From assembly GCA_944350145.1 (NCBI GenBank), contig CALVOC010000001.1:1-40029 (forward strand): a stretch of 40,029 nt of DNA, in the 5' to 3' direction. The notes beneath the pieces were generated by a model. It did no database searches, was not told the origin of the DNA, and saw nothing but the letters and a program-made list of their open reading frames with translations. Source of the DNA: an uncultured Bacilli bacterium (GTDB lineage: Bacteria > Bacillota_I > Bacilli_A > RF39 > UBA660). Made by a program: the position numbers and the translations under genes. Positions 1 to 9,534 of the stretch are shown piece after piece (position 1 is the first letter of the stretch; each line of letters begins with the position of its first letter).

Positions 1-1
1 A

Positions 2-790
2 TTAGAAGGTACTGCTGATACGAAGAACAGAAGTTTACCGATTATTGCTTTACCGACTACTGCCGGAACAGCTGCGGAAGTAACGATTAATTATGTTATT
101 ACCGATGAAGAAAATGTTGTAAAACGAGTATGTGTTGATCCTAATGATATTCCTGTTTTGGCTATTATTGATACAGAACTTATGGCTGATATGCCTAGAT
201 TAACCGCGGCAGCTACTGGTTTAGATGCTTTAACTCATGCTATGGAAGGCTATATTACTAAAGCCCATTGGGAGATGACAGATATGTTCCATTTAAAAAG
301 TATGAGTCTTACTTTTAAAAATTTGGAAAAAGCTGTAAATAAGGATCCTGAAGCAATGGATAAAATGGGACTTAGTGAATATTTAGCTGGAATGGGATTT
401 TCTAATGTTGGATTAGGAATTGTTCATTCTATGGCTCATCAACTTGGAGCAACATACGATGTCGCTCACGGAATTGCTTGTGCTTTGTTTTTACCATATG
501 TTTTAAAATGGAATAGTGAAGTTTGTAAAGAAAGATTTCGCGATATGGCTAATGCATTTGGAATTGATGTACAAGGCAAAAGTGATGACGAGTGTGTAGA
601 TATTGTCGTTGATGCTGTACGGGCGTTAGAAACTAAACTTGGAGTGCCTCAGCACTTAAGTGAAGTAAAAGTGAAAAAAGAAGATTTTAATACATTAGCA
701 TCCAAAGCTTTAGTTGACCCATGTACAGGTGGCAATCCAAGAGAGGTTACTAAAGAAGACATTTTAGCTTTATTAGAAGAAGCATATTAA
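2..790 (+). CDS. iron-containing (group III) alcohol dehydrogenase, 5' end outside window
   Basis: The frame is open from base 2 (LEGTADTKNRSLPIIALPTTAGTAAEV...), so the ORF-track Met at 158 is internal. Fe-ADH motifs GLDALTHAMEGY and GIVHSMAHQLG..HG are present. Stop TAA at 788-790. Confidence 0.85.
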   Translation, partial: LEGTADTKNRSLPIIALPTTAGTAAEVTINYVITDEENVVKRVCVDPNDIPVLAIIDTELMADMPRLTAAATGLDALTHAMEGYITKAHWEMTDMFHLKSMSLTFKNLEKAVNKDPEAMDKMGLSEYLAGMGFSNVGLGIVHSMAHQLGATYDVAHGIACALFLPYVLKWNSEVCKERFRDMANAFGIDVQGKSDDECVDIVVDAVRALETKLGVPQHLSEVKVKKEDFNTLASKALVDPCTGGNPREVTKEDILALLEEAY

Positions 791-809
791 AAAGGAGTGA
801 AGAAGTAAA

Positions 810-1982
810 ATGTTGAAAACAAAAGTTGGCTATAGCGAAAATGCTGATGCTTATGAATCCGGTGTTGAAACAGCAAAAATGGCAAATGTCATTGAAAATC
901 CACAAGTCGGATTGTTCTTTACAAGCTGTGTTCAAGATCAACAAAAATTAATGGAAGGAGCAAAAAGTGTTTTAGGTAATGTTCCAATTATTGGATGTAC
1001 ATCTTCTGCTGCTATTTGTACGCAAGATGGATATCTTAATAAAGAAACTGGATATTCTGGAATGATGTTATTCGGTGGCGACGTTGAAGTTGTAACGGCT
1101 GGAAGTGCTAAGACAGATGAATCACCTCGAGAAATTGGTAGACGTATTGCTCAAGAAGCTGTTGCAAAAGTAAAGGGAACCGATAAAGAACCTGATTTCT
1201 TTTTTATGAGTGCATCTCCTGCTAATGAAGAAGATTACATGAAAGGAATTCAAGATGTTATTGGAAATATTCCTGTTTTTGGCGGAAGTGCTGCTGATAA
1301 TACGGTTGAAGGAAAATGGAGTATTTTAAATGATGGAGAATCTTTCAATGATGGTGTAGTTCTTGCTATATTCTATACAGACGGAAAGATGCAAAATCTT
1401 TATACAGGAGCATATCATGAAACAAATAATGTCGGTGTTATTACTAAAATTAATGGCGATCGTACTTTAGTTGAAATTGATCATGAACCTGCTTTAAAGA
1501 AATATGCTGAATGGACAGGTAAGGATGTTGAATCTTTAAAAGGAAACAATTTACTTACAGAAACTATATGTGCACCTTTAGGTGTAAAAGATCCAATAGG
1601 AAAAGTTGTTGCTGTTCGTCATCCAATGTTTGGTAATGATGATTATTCAATGAATATTGGAGCAAATTTAGCTCTTAATACAGCAGTTATTCAACTTTCA
1701 AATACTCCAGAAGGTATTTTAAAAGCAAATGCTGAAACGATTGAATCTTTAAATAAGTTAATGAATAATGAAGAAAAATCTTATTTCTTAGTTCATTGTG
1801 GTGGACGTCGTTTAGGTCTTGCTTTATCTAAAATTGAAGATCAAATTTATCCTGAAGTAAAGAAAGCTATTCCTGATAAAGAATTTTTAATGGTCTTTAC
1901 ATTTGGAGAATATGGTACAGGAGATCATTCTTCAAATACAGTTGGTGGTTTATCTTTATCTTATACAGGATTTGGAGAGTAA
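810..1982 (+). CDS. stand-alone FIST-domain protein (FIST_N + FIST_C-like)
   Basis: 390 aa. The motifs IIGCTSSAAI and VFGGSAADN resemble the FIST hallmarks GCstaGeI / GGlAgD. AAGGAG RBS upstream. Tightly packed between the ADH and ALDH genes (19-nt and 3-nt gaps). Confidence 0.6.
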   Translation: MLKTKVGYSENADAYESGVETAKMANVIENPQVGLFFTSCVQDQQKLMEGAKSVLGNVPIIGCTSSAAICTQDGYLNKETGYSGMMLFGGDVEVVTAGSAKTDESPREIGRRIAQEAVAKVKGTDKEPDFFFMSASPANEEDYMKGIQDVIGNIPVFGGSAADNTVEGKWSILNDGESFNDGVVLAIFYTDGKMQNLYTGAYHETNNVGVITKINGDRTLVEIDHEPALKKYAEWTGKDVESLKGNNLLTETICAPLGVKDPIGKVVAVRHPMFGNDDYSMNIGANLALNTAVIQLSNTPEGILKANAETIESLNKLMNNEEKSYFLVHCGGRRLGLALSKIEDQIYPEVKKAIPDKEFLMVFTFGEYGTGDHSSNTVGGLSLSYTGFGE

Positions 1983-1985
1983 TCT

Positions 1986-3422
1986 ATGGCAAAGAATTTA
2001 ATCGGCAAGAATTGGTGTGATGCTTCGGATGGAAGAACGATTAAAATTACGAATCCTGCAACAAATGAGCTTATAGATACGGTTCCTGAAAGTAGTAATT
2101 TAGATTGTGATAAAGCAGTAGAGGCTGCTGTGGAAGGTCAAAGAGAATGGGTTAAAAAGCCAATTCATGAACGTGCAAATATTTTGATGAAGTTTGTTTC
2201 TTTAATTGAAGAACATAAGGATGAATTAGCTAAATTATTAAGCGATGAAACTGGAAAACCAATAAGTGAAGCAATTGGCGAGATTGCAAATGTAAGTATT
2301 GGTATTCCTGCATTTTGCGAGATGGCTAAACATGAGTATGGAAAAGTGATTCCTTATGGTCAAGAAAAAGGACAAGAACATACTTTACAATACACTGTTC
2401 AAGCACCTTTAGGTGTTGTAGTGGCAGTTATTCCATTTAATTTTCCAAGTGATTTATTTTGTCAAAAAGTGCCATCTGCTTTGTTAATGGGAAATTCTGT
2501 TATCTTAAAACCTTCAGCTCATAATCCATTAACTTTAACAAAATATGTTGAGTATTTATTAGAGGCTGGAGTTCCAGGTGGAGCTATCAACTTAATTAAT
2601 GGTAGTGGTGGTGAGGCTGTTCAAGCAATGGCCGAGAATCCAAAAGTTGCTTTGGTTTCTTTAACAGGAAGTACTAAAGCAGGAGCTGAAACGATGGCTA
2701 AATGTGCAAAAAATATTACTCATGTTATGTTGGAACTTGGTGGAAATGATGCCTTTATTTTAGATAAAGATGGCGACATAGATTTAGCTGTTGAAGAAAC
2801 AATTTATGGTAGACTATACAATACTGGTCAAGTATGTTGTGCTTCTAAACGTTTTTTAGTTCATAAAGACATTAAAGAAGAATTTGTAACAAAATTAAAA
2901 GAGAGATTAGAGCATATTCCAGTTCGGATGCCAAGCAATCCTGAAGCAAAAATTGGCTGCTTAATTAGCGAGGACGCAGCCAAAAAAGTTGAAGCTCAAG
3001 TAAATGAGACGGTTTCTTTAGGAGCAAAAGTTGTGTTTGGTGGAAGAAGAAAAGGTGCTTTTTATGAACCTACTATTTTAGTGGATGTTACAAAAAGTAT
3101 GCCGGTAGCCAAAGACGAAGAAATTTTTGGACCTGTTATTCCAATTATTGAATTTGATACTATTGATGAAGCAATTAAGATTGCAAATCAATCTAGTTAT
3201 GGATTATGTGGTTGTATTATTTCTAAAAGTCAAAAAACTTGCCAATATGTTGCAGAAAAATTGGAATGTGGCGGTGTCATTATCAATGGTGCTTCATTCT
3301 TTAGATCATTTGAAATGCCATTTGGCGGTTGGAAACATTCTGGTATAGGAAATGAAGGAGTTATGACAACACTTCATGAGATGTCTCGAACTAAAACTAT
3401 TATTTTAAAAAATATTTTATAA
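1986..3422 (+). CDS. NAD(P)+-dependent aldehyde dehydrogenase family protein
   Basis: 478 aa. Contains ELGGNDA (catalytic Glu region), GQVCCASKRF (catalytic Cys) and FGGWKHSGIGNEG. GGAGAG RBS 7 nt upstream. Confidence 0.9.
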   Translation: MAKNLIGKNWCDASDGRTIKITNPATNELIDTVPESSNLDCDKAVEAAVEGQREWVKKPIHERANILMKFVSLIEEHKDELAKLLSDETGKPISEAIGEIANVSIGIPAFCEMAKHEYGKVIPYGQEKGQEHTLQYTVQAPLGVVVAVIPFNFPSDLFCQKVPSALLMGNSVILKPSAHNPLTLTKYVEYLLEAGVPGGAINLINGSGGEAVQAMAENPKVALVSLTGSTKAGAETMAKCAKNITHVMLELGGNDAFILDKDGDIDLAVEETIYGRLYNTGQVCCASKRFLVHKDIKEEFVTKLKERLEHIPVRMPSNPEAKIGCLISEDAAKKVEAQVNETVSLGAKVVFGGRRKGAFYEPTILVDVTKSMPVAKDEEIFGPVIPIIEFDTIDEAIKIANQSSYGLCGCIISKSQKTCQYVAEKLECGGVIINGASFFRSFEMPFGGWKHSGIGNEGVMTTLHEMSRTKTIILKNIL

Positions 3423-3423
3423 A

Positions 3424-3452
3424 AAAGTTGCTTTTTAAAAGCAGCTTTTTTT
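3424..3452 (+). terminator. rho-independent terminator of the ADH-FIST-ALDH operon
   Basis: Hairpin AAGTTGCTTTT/AAAAGCAGCTT followed by a T-run, immediately after the stop codon. Confidence 0.7.
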
Positions 3453-3562
3453 ATGTGAATTTTCTTATTTTGTTTTCTTTTATTTGTTCTGTCAATATGA
3501 CATTCTTTTTTTTTGCATTTCTAAATAGATTGTGATATATTTTACTAGTAGTGATAGAGGGT

Positions 3563-4096
3563 ATGAATATGGATTGGTTAGGAATAAAGGAGTTTTTAAA
3601 GGATTCTTTAAAATTGATTATTTTTTTATTTGTTTTACTATTTATTATGGTATATGTTTTTTCGGTAACTCAGGTTGTCGGAAATTCAATGTCTCCGACA
3701 TTACATGAAGATGAAGTTTTGTTTTTAAACAAGGCTCAGTATCGTTTTTTTGATATTCAACGAGGAGATATTGTTTCTTTAGAATATGCTGATACGAAAT
3801 ATTTAATTAAAAGAATTATTGGGCTTCCAGGAGAAAGTGTAGAAATAAAACAGAATCAAGTGTATATTAATGGGGAACTTTTGGAAGAAACCTATTTAAA
3901 AGATGGTTTGGTTTATCCTGATTTTTCTTTAGAAAATATCGGCTATCAAACGATTCCGGAAAATATGTATTTTGTCTTAGGAGATAACCGAGAAGATTCT
4001 ATGGATAGTAGGGAGATCGGTCTTGTATCTAAAGATCAAATTAAAGGAAAAATTTTTATGCGTTTTTGGCCTATTAATAAAATAAAGTTTTTTTAA
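3563..4096 (+). CDS. lepB: signal peptidase I (S26 family)
   Basis: N-terminal TM segment. GNSMSPTL (catalytic Ser), KRIIGLPGE (catalytic Lys) and GDNREDSMDSR boxes. Start is ambiguous (GTG 3551, ATG 3563 or ATG 3569; GAGGG RBS at about 3557). Confidence 0.9.
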   Translation: MNMDWLGIKEFLKDSLKLIIFLFVLLFIMVYVFSVTQVVGNSMSPTLHEDEVLFLNKAQYRFFDIQRGDIVSLEYADTKYLIKRIIGLPGESVEIKQNQVYINGELLEETYLKDGLVYPDFSLENIGYQTIPENMYFVLGDNREDSMDSREIGLVSKDQIKGKIFMRFWPINKIKFF

Positions 4097-4099
4097 AGT

Positions 4100-4127
4100 A
4101 AAGGAAATGTCAATCCTTTCTTTTTTT
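4100..4127 (+). terminator. rho-independent terminator after lepB
   Basis: AAAGGA-8 nt loop-TCCTTT followed by CTTTTTTT. Confidence 0.7.
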
Positions 4128-4219
4128 ACATAAAATATGGTGTGTATTTGTCATTTTTTGTTGAATTTTGTTGCATTTTGAAGTGTCAATGATATAATAC
4201 AGATGATGGAGGTTATGTT

Positions 4220-7200
4220 ATGGATAAGAAAAAGGCTATAGTAATAGCTGTAGTATTATTTCTGTTGATAGGATTAGGTACTTTCGTATTTGCCAATCCT
4301 AGTGGTGAACGTCTAGACGGAGATGGTACGGATAGTGTTACTGAAATGGATGGTAACAGTGAAGTAGACGATAATAATACGGATGGAGAGGAGGAAACTA
4401 TAGAAGGAGAAGAAGAACCAGCTGAAACTGAAGAAGACGAAGAAGATGGCGATGTTATTCCTGTATATAATGATCAAACAGGAAATTCTCAAAATGGCGG
4501 TTCAAATCAAGGATCTAATAACAACAATAATAATCAAGGTGGATCTCAAGTTGAAGATAATTCTCGTTATCTTGCCGCTTTAGAAGCTTTAGAAAAAGCT
4601 GAAGCATCTTTTTCACAATCTGATTTAGACTATGCAAATAGTTTGATTGATGCTTTAGAGAATAATGGTAATAAAACGGATTTATCTAACAGAGCTGATG
4701 TAGTTCAAAATGTTATTGATGTAGAAACATTAGTAAAGAATTTACAAACAAAGGTAGACGAATCTGAAAATATTACTAATATTAATGATGCGAGAGATTA
4801 TCGAGCAAATGAAGAAATTATTGCTAAGGTAGATGAACTTGCTGCGAGTACTAAAAAAGATGAACTTACTTCCATTTTAAATGATTTAAGCAAAGTATTA
4901 GATGATACCAAAGCTCCTATTATTAGTGGAATTGACAATGGTATTGTTACAGTTTTAGATGTTTCTTTAGCTGTCGATGAAAGTGATGTCAAAGTTTACG
5001 TTAATGGTGAAGAAAAATCTTTAGCTGATTTAACCTTTGATAAAGAAGGAGATTATACAGTTAAAGTTGTTGATAAAGCTTACAATGAAACAACTCTTCA
5101 ATTTGCCATTGATAAGACTGTTCCAGAATTTAATGTCGCAAGTGGTACTCATAGTGATACTGCCATGAATATTGTGGTAACTGATGATCATTTTGCTTCT
5201 ATTCATGTTGTAAATCAAGATACAGGTGATGTAAAAGATTATACGACGAATGAAATCACCTTAGAAGATGAGGCTACTTATCATATTACTGCATATGATA
5301 AAGCAGGTTCTTATAAGGATATTTATGTAGCTATTGATAAAACTGCTCCAACAGTAAATGCGACAGGAACAGGTGTTAATAATTTCTTTAGAGATGAAGA
5401 AGTTACTTTGACTGCATTTGATAAATTCTTAACTGAAGTAACTGTAAATGGTGAAACTTATGGTAAAGAAGAATTTACTTATGTTGGAAATAATGAAAAT
5501 GCTACATTTACAAAAGTATTTACTGAAGAAGGAAAATATGATGTTGTAGCAAAAGATAAATTTGGTCATGAAACAACTTATACATTTGTTATTGATCATA
5601 CTGCTCCAGTATTAAATGGAGTTGTAGATGGCGGTACTTATAAAGAAGCTACATTAGAAATTGTTGAAGAAAATCTTCATACAGCTAAAATTTCTAAAGA
5701 TAGCGAGAAGGCCGAGAACTTTACATCTGGATATAAAGTAAGTGAAAGTGGTACTTATACGGTTACTCTTATTGATAAAGCTTACAATAGACTTGAAGTT
5801 ACTTTTACAATTGATGCAGATGCACCAGTATATAAAGAGCTAGGTCTAGTAAATATTACACATTATATTGAAAATAATAATGGAACAACTAATGATCTTA
5901 AAGTTGCTAATATTGGTGATACTTTGAGAATTATGGTTCGTTTTGATGAAGCTTTAGCAACAAATCCAATGGTAAAAATTGGTGATATGGAACCTAAAGA
6001 AATGCATTTAGATTCTGCATGGGCTTCATATTATTATTGGGCAGATGTTACTTTAACTAAGGACATGAATTTAAGCGATGGTGAGATTGATTTTTCAATT
6101 ACAGAATATGCTGATTCTGTTGGAAATGTTGGAGTAGAATTAAATAAAGAAAATATAAATCATTCTACATATGATGGTGTAAAATTAGATACAACATTGC
6201 CTGTTTTCAATTTCAATAATGGTATGATTACATCAGGTTTTACTGTTGAAGTTACTGAAGAAAATTTTGATTATATGCTTGTAAAACGTTTTGATAACGG
6301 TGAAGAGACGATTGTTACTGATAAAACTTATGAATTAAGTGGAGATGCAGATAATGTTCGCTTTGAAATTACGGCCTATGATAAAGCTGGAAATGTTTCT
6401 GAATATAGAAGTATTTATCTTGATAATCAAGCACCAGTTTTAACGGCTACTGGATTTAATGGAAGTGAAACTTCAGTTGAAAATGGTAAGAGTTATCAAA
6501 GTGTTACTGTAAATATTACAGATGGCAGTTTAAAGAAAGCTGTTCTTGTAAAAGAAGATGGTAGTGAGGAAGTTTTAGCTACTTTTGAAGATAACTATTA
6601 TAACGATAAAATGGTATATGAAGAAACTTTTGATGAAGAAGGAACTTATACTATTAAAGGCGTAGATAGAAATAATCAAGAATCTTCTATAAGTTTTACA
6701 ATTGATAAAACTCCTGCTACAAGAGATTATTCTACCTTATATTTTGAAGAAACCGGAAAGACTGCTTATGACGTTGATGGAAATAAAGCTTACTATATGA
6801 AAAATGGCGATAGTGTTCTTTTTAGAATCGCCTTTCATGAAGAATTAAGAGATGTTCCTACTGTTACAATTGGTGGACAAAATATTGAAATGACTAATAA
6901 AGGTTTATTTGAAAACAATGATGGTGAAAATATTTATGTTTATGAAGGTACTTTCAAAATAGATGAAAATGAAAGTGAAATGCCTGAAGGCAAATTAAAT
7001 ATAGTTTTATCTAACGTTTTCGATTTAGCTGGGAATGAAACTACTGATGAGTTGGTTTTAAATCAAACTCCAACAAGTAATAATCGAGTAATTATTTATG
7101 ATCGTACTGCACCTGTAGTATACGAGAATAATTCTGTTGGTTCTAATGATCATTTTAGTTCTGTTCAATTAAAATTATTTGATCATGAAGGAATTACACA

Positions 7201-8458
7201 TTTTGTTATCAATGGAAAGGATTTTTCAAATAGTCATTCTGGAAAATATATTGATATTAATGGTAATAATATAGTTACTTTCTTAGAAGGAGAGAACACT
7301 ATTGAATTTAGTGATGCTGCTGGAAATAAAACTGTTTATACTTTTGTATTAGATACGACTTCTCCAGTAGTAAATAATATTGTTTTTAAAAATATCGATA
7401 ATTCAGAATATCCATATTTAGCAAAAGCTGGAGATCGTGTATGGTTATATGTAAATGCTAATGAAAAATTAATGCAAGAACCTACTGTTGTTATTGATGG
7501 ACAAGAATTAAAAAAAGTTCAATATGAAAATGGAGATAACTGGGATCAAGATTGGGAAAAATATGTATTTGAATATATTGTTCCTCAAGATGCTTTAGAA
7601 GAAAATATTTCTTTTGAAGTTACAAATATTGTTGATCAAGCTGGTAATACTCTTCATGAAGTTATTAATAATGATGATACTACAGATTATGTTTTAGTAG
7701 ATCGTACTGCACCAGATTTAACTGTTAATACTGTTGTAGATGGAGTATCTACTTCTTCAAATCCTAGTGTTCATACAACAGACTTACATGATTTTCAAGT
7801 TGAAGTAAAATTAAATGGCGAGACTGTACGTACGGATGCTTCTAATGCTGGATCTGATGGTACACATTGGTCTGTTTATGAAATTGGCTATTTAGCTGAT
7901 GGAAATTATACAATTACAGCTAAAGATATTGCTGGAAATGTAAAGACTGTAGAATTTAAATTAGACAGATTAGAAATTGCTGATTCTGTTGTAGGTTCAA
8001 ATTTAATAGATACTACTAAAAATACGATTAATAATTTTAATTCATTTGCTATTAAATTTAATCGTGATTTAACCTTTACAAATTATTCTTCAACTAATGG
8101 ATTTCAAATTGAAATGGAATATAGTGTAGATGGTGGTAAAACTTATAAAAAAGCTGGTACGGTAATTAGTAATTATTGGACTGGTGTTTTAGGAAATAGT
8201 ACAACTACTAAATATGAAGGTTCAACATTTACTGTAAGTGCTGGTTCACCAATTTATTGGAGCGGAACAAAAGTAAAAGAAAGATATCAAGAAATTTATG
8301 ATGCTATTTTAGCTACCGCTGGAACTACTAATACAGTTTATGTTCGAACAATCTTTACTGTTGTTCAACCAACCTATACAAAATCTTTTGTATTAGATCC
8401 TGTAGTTTATTCTGACGGTGGTCAAACTGTTTCACCACGCGGATTAGCTCAATTCTAA
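4220..8458 (+). CDS. 1412-aa secreted/cell-surface protein with about 10 tandem Ig-like modules
   Basis: Signal peptide MDKKKAIVIAVVLFLLIGLGTFVFA|NP, an acidic and N/G-rich linker, then modules each ending in a D-x-T-A-P-V type boundary (IDKTVPEF, IDKTAPTV, IDHTAPVL, IDADAPVY, LDTTLPVF, LDNQAPVL, IDKTPATR, YDRTAPVV, LDTTSPVV, VDRTAPDL). GGAGG RBS. No LPXTG motif or C-terminal TM segment seen. Confidence 0.8.
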   Translation: MDKKKAIVIAVVLFLLIGLGTFVFANPSGERLDGDGTDSVTEMDGNSEVDDNNTDGEEETIEGEEEPAETEEDEEDGDVIPVYNDQTGNSQNGGSNQGSNNNNNNQGGSQVEDNSRYLAALEALEKAEASFSQSDLDYANSLIDALENNGNKTDLSNRADVVQNVIDVETLVKNLQTKVDESENITNINDARDYRANEEIIAKVDELAASTKKDELTSILNDLSKVLDDTKAPIISGIDNGIVTVLDVSLAVDESDVKVYVNGEEKSLADLTFDKEGDYTVKVVDKAYNETTLQFAIDKTVPEFNVASGTHSDTAMNIVVTDDHFASIHVVNQDTGDVKDYTTNEITLEDEATYHITAYDKAGSYKDIYVAIDKTAPTVNATGTGVNNFFRDEEVTLTAFDKFLTEVTVNGETYGKEEFTYVGNNENATFTKVFTEEGKYDVVAKDKFGHETTYTFVIDHTAPVLNGVVDGGTYKEATLEIVEENLHTAKISKDSEKAENFTSGYKVSESGTYTVTLIDKAYNRLEVTFTIDADAPVYKELGLVNITHYIENNNGTTNDLKVANIGDTLRIMVRFDEALATNPMVKIGDMEPKEMHLDSAWASYYYWADVTLTKDMNLSDGEIDFSITEYADSVGNVGVELNKENINHSTYDGVKLDTTLPVFNFNNGMITSGFTVEVTEENFDYMLVKRFDNGEETIVTDKTYELSGDADNVRFEITAYDKAGNVSEYRSIYLDNQAPVLTATGFNGSETSVENGKSYQSVTVNITDGSLKKAVLVKEDGSEEVLATFEDNYYNDKMVYEETFDEEGTYTIKGVDRNNQESSISFTIDKTPATRDYSTLYFEETGKTAYDVDGNKAYYMKNGDSVLFRIAFHEELRDVPTVTIGGQNIEMTNKGLFENNDGENIYVYEGTFKIDENESEMPEGKLNIVLSNVFDLAGNETTDELVLNQTPTSNNRVIIYDRTAPVVYENNSVGSNDHFSSVQLKLFDHEGITHFVINGKDFSNSHSGKYIDINGNNIVTFLEGENTIEFSDAAGNKTVYTFVLDTTSPVVNNIVFKNIDNSEYPYLAKAGDRVWLYVNANEKLMQEPTVVIDGQELKKVQYENGDNWDQDWEKYVFEYIVPQDALEENISFEVTNIVDQAGNTLHEVINNDDTTDYVLVDRTAPDLTVNTVVDGVSTSSNPSVHTTDLHDFQVEVKLNGETVRTDASNAGSDGTHWSVYEIGYLADGNYTITAKDIAGNVKTVEFKLDRLEIADSVVGSNLIDTTKNTINNFNSFAIKFNRDLTFTNYSSTNGFQIEMEYSVDGGKTYKKAGTVISNYWTGVLGNSTTTKYEGSTFTVSAGSPIYWSGTKVKERYQEIYDAILATAGTTNTVYVRTIFTVVQPTYTKSFVLDPVVYSDGGQTVSPRGLAQF

Positions 8459-8464
8459 TTTAAG

Positions 8465-8502
8465 AAAAAATGTCAAAAAACTTTAAAATTTGACATTTTT
8501 TT
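8465..8502 (+). terminator. rho-independent terminator after the surface-protein gene
   Basis: AAAAATGTCAAA ... TTTGACATTTTT stem followed by a T-run. Confidence 0.8.
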
Positions 8503-8539
8503 ATTTGGAATTCTTTTATTTATGCTAAACTATAGGTAG

Positions 8540-8941
8540 GTGATAGAAGTGGCATATATTAAATTTAAAGAATTATCAAAATATTTTGATTTTAAAGAAG
8601 AAATTTCTCCTTCCAATTTGCCTGATTATGCTCGTGAATATGTAAGTGAGAAAGAAAAGATTTTTTTGGGATATAAGAATAGTAAAGATTATGCGGTTTT
8701 TACAGATAAAAAAATGATTTTGTTTGATCGAGATGTATTAGGAGTAAATTATAAAAAGATTCATGTTTTTCCTTATCAATCTATTTCTTCTAGTGCAATT
8801 AATTTTAAACCGGGAAAAGTAGAATTATTATTTAGTTTTAATTCTGGTTATCAACTTCATATTAACTTTATTGGAATGAATCATCAGAAGAAGGAAAACA
8901 TTAAATATATTTATAAAAATATGATGAATGCTTGCATTTAA
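8540..8941 (+). CDS. bacterial PH-domain (YokE-like) protein
   Basis: 133 aa. The pattern DYAVFTDKKMILFDRD....IHVFPYQSISS is typical of the bPH/YokE-like fold. GTG start is uncertain. Confidence 0.5.
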   Translation: MIEVAYIKFKELSKYFDFKEEISPSNLPDYAREYVSEKEKIFLGYKNSKDYAVFTDKKMILFDRDVLGVNYKKIHVFPYQSISSSAINFKPGKVELLFSFNSGYQLHINFIGMNHQKKENIKYIYKNMMNACI

Positions 8942-8948
8942 AAAAAGA

Positions 8949-9412
8949 TTATTCGAAAATAATCTGGCACTTAGATATCTTTTGATATCTTTTTCTTTTT
9001 GTTCGTTCTTTTGTTTCAACGAATAAAAAATCATACACGCTTTCCCATATAGCTAACCAACCTAAAATTAATAAAAATTCGTGAAAAAATTCTATTTGAA
9101 CTCAGTATATTAAGATAAGTAGCAAAATTCCAAAAAGGAAAAGTAGTGTTCGAAAAGTTTTGGCAAACGTATTTCTTATTTTTTCTTATTCTAATTCTGC
9201 TTTAAAATTCGAATGAATTAAATTAGAAATTATTTCTTTTTCTTCTTTGGTATAATTTGTTTTTGAAGAAATATGTATTTCTATATTGTTTTTTGCTGGA
9301 AATCATAAACATTCTTCATAAATAAAAGAGGCCAGTGTGGGATTTAAAGTGTTTTTACTAAAAGGATGATATAGATCTTCTAAAGAATCTAAATTTAATT
9401 TTATTTGTATCA
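8949..9412 (-). pseudogene. decayed small membrane-protein gene (frameshift plus three in-frame stops)
   Basis: The minus strand has an intact TATAAT, a GGTGA RBS and ATG 9412 (MIQIKLNLDSLEDLYHP). The coding-like frame then shifts near 9360 and continues ...FSKNTLNPTLASFIYEECL*FPAKNN..KEEKEIISNLIHSNFKAELE*EKIRNTFAKTFRTLLFLFGILLLILIY*VQIEFFHEFLLILGWLAIWESVYDFLF...IIFE. It ends at a hairpin plus T-run (8946-8965). Confidence 0.45.
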
Positions 9413-9488
9413 TTTTTTTTCACCATATTATATATATCACAGTTTTTACTTTTTTAAAAGTTTAGGTGTGAAAAATTCTTAAGAAGGC

Positions 9489-9517
9489 TTGTAAATTAGG
9501 ATTTTTAATGGTATGAT
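9489..9517 (+). promoter_or_regulatory. sigma-A type promoter of tRNA-Glu
   Basis: TTGTAA - 17 nt - TATGAT. The -10 element ends 17 nt before the tRNA 5' end. Confidence 0.6.
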
Positions 9518-9534
9518 GATAATGTCTTTTTTAT

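Noticed and set aside
750-944. Short antisense or alternative-frame ORFs in the track. Examples: 750-944(-), 3127-3348(+), 4798-4992(-), 5030-5218(-), 8828-9034(-), 11796-12005(-), 14403-14591(-), 17046-17363(-), 17631-17873(-), 21540-21722(+), 21908-22105(-), 23513-23698(-), 24263-24484(-), 25088-25273(-), 25095-25328(+), 25603-25860(+), 28205-28393(-), 29935-30123(-), 32463-32648(-), 34946-35146(+), 37201-37410(+), 37382-37585(+), 38829-39017(-).
   Set aside because: All are embedded in or opposite much longer ORFs with clear family motifs. They lack an RBS and have the low-complexity I/F/K/N-rich composition expected from chance ORFs in AT-rich DNA.
8949-9412. In-frame TGA codons in a protein-like frame, which could suggest TGA=Trp (genetic code 4, Mollicutes-like).
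   Set aside because: The same frame also contains a TAA stop and a frameshift. Clear genes in the window terminate with TGA (for example yceD at 30448-30450), and Trp is encoded by TGG throughout. The standard code with a pseudogene is the simpler reading.
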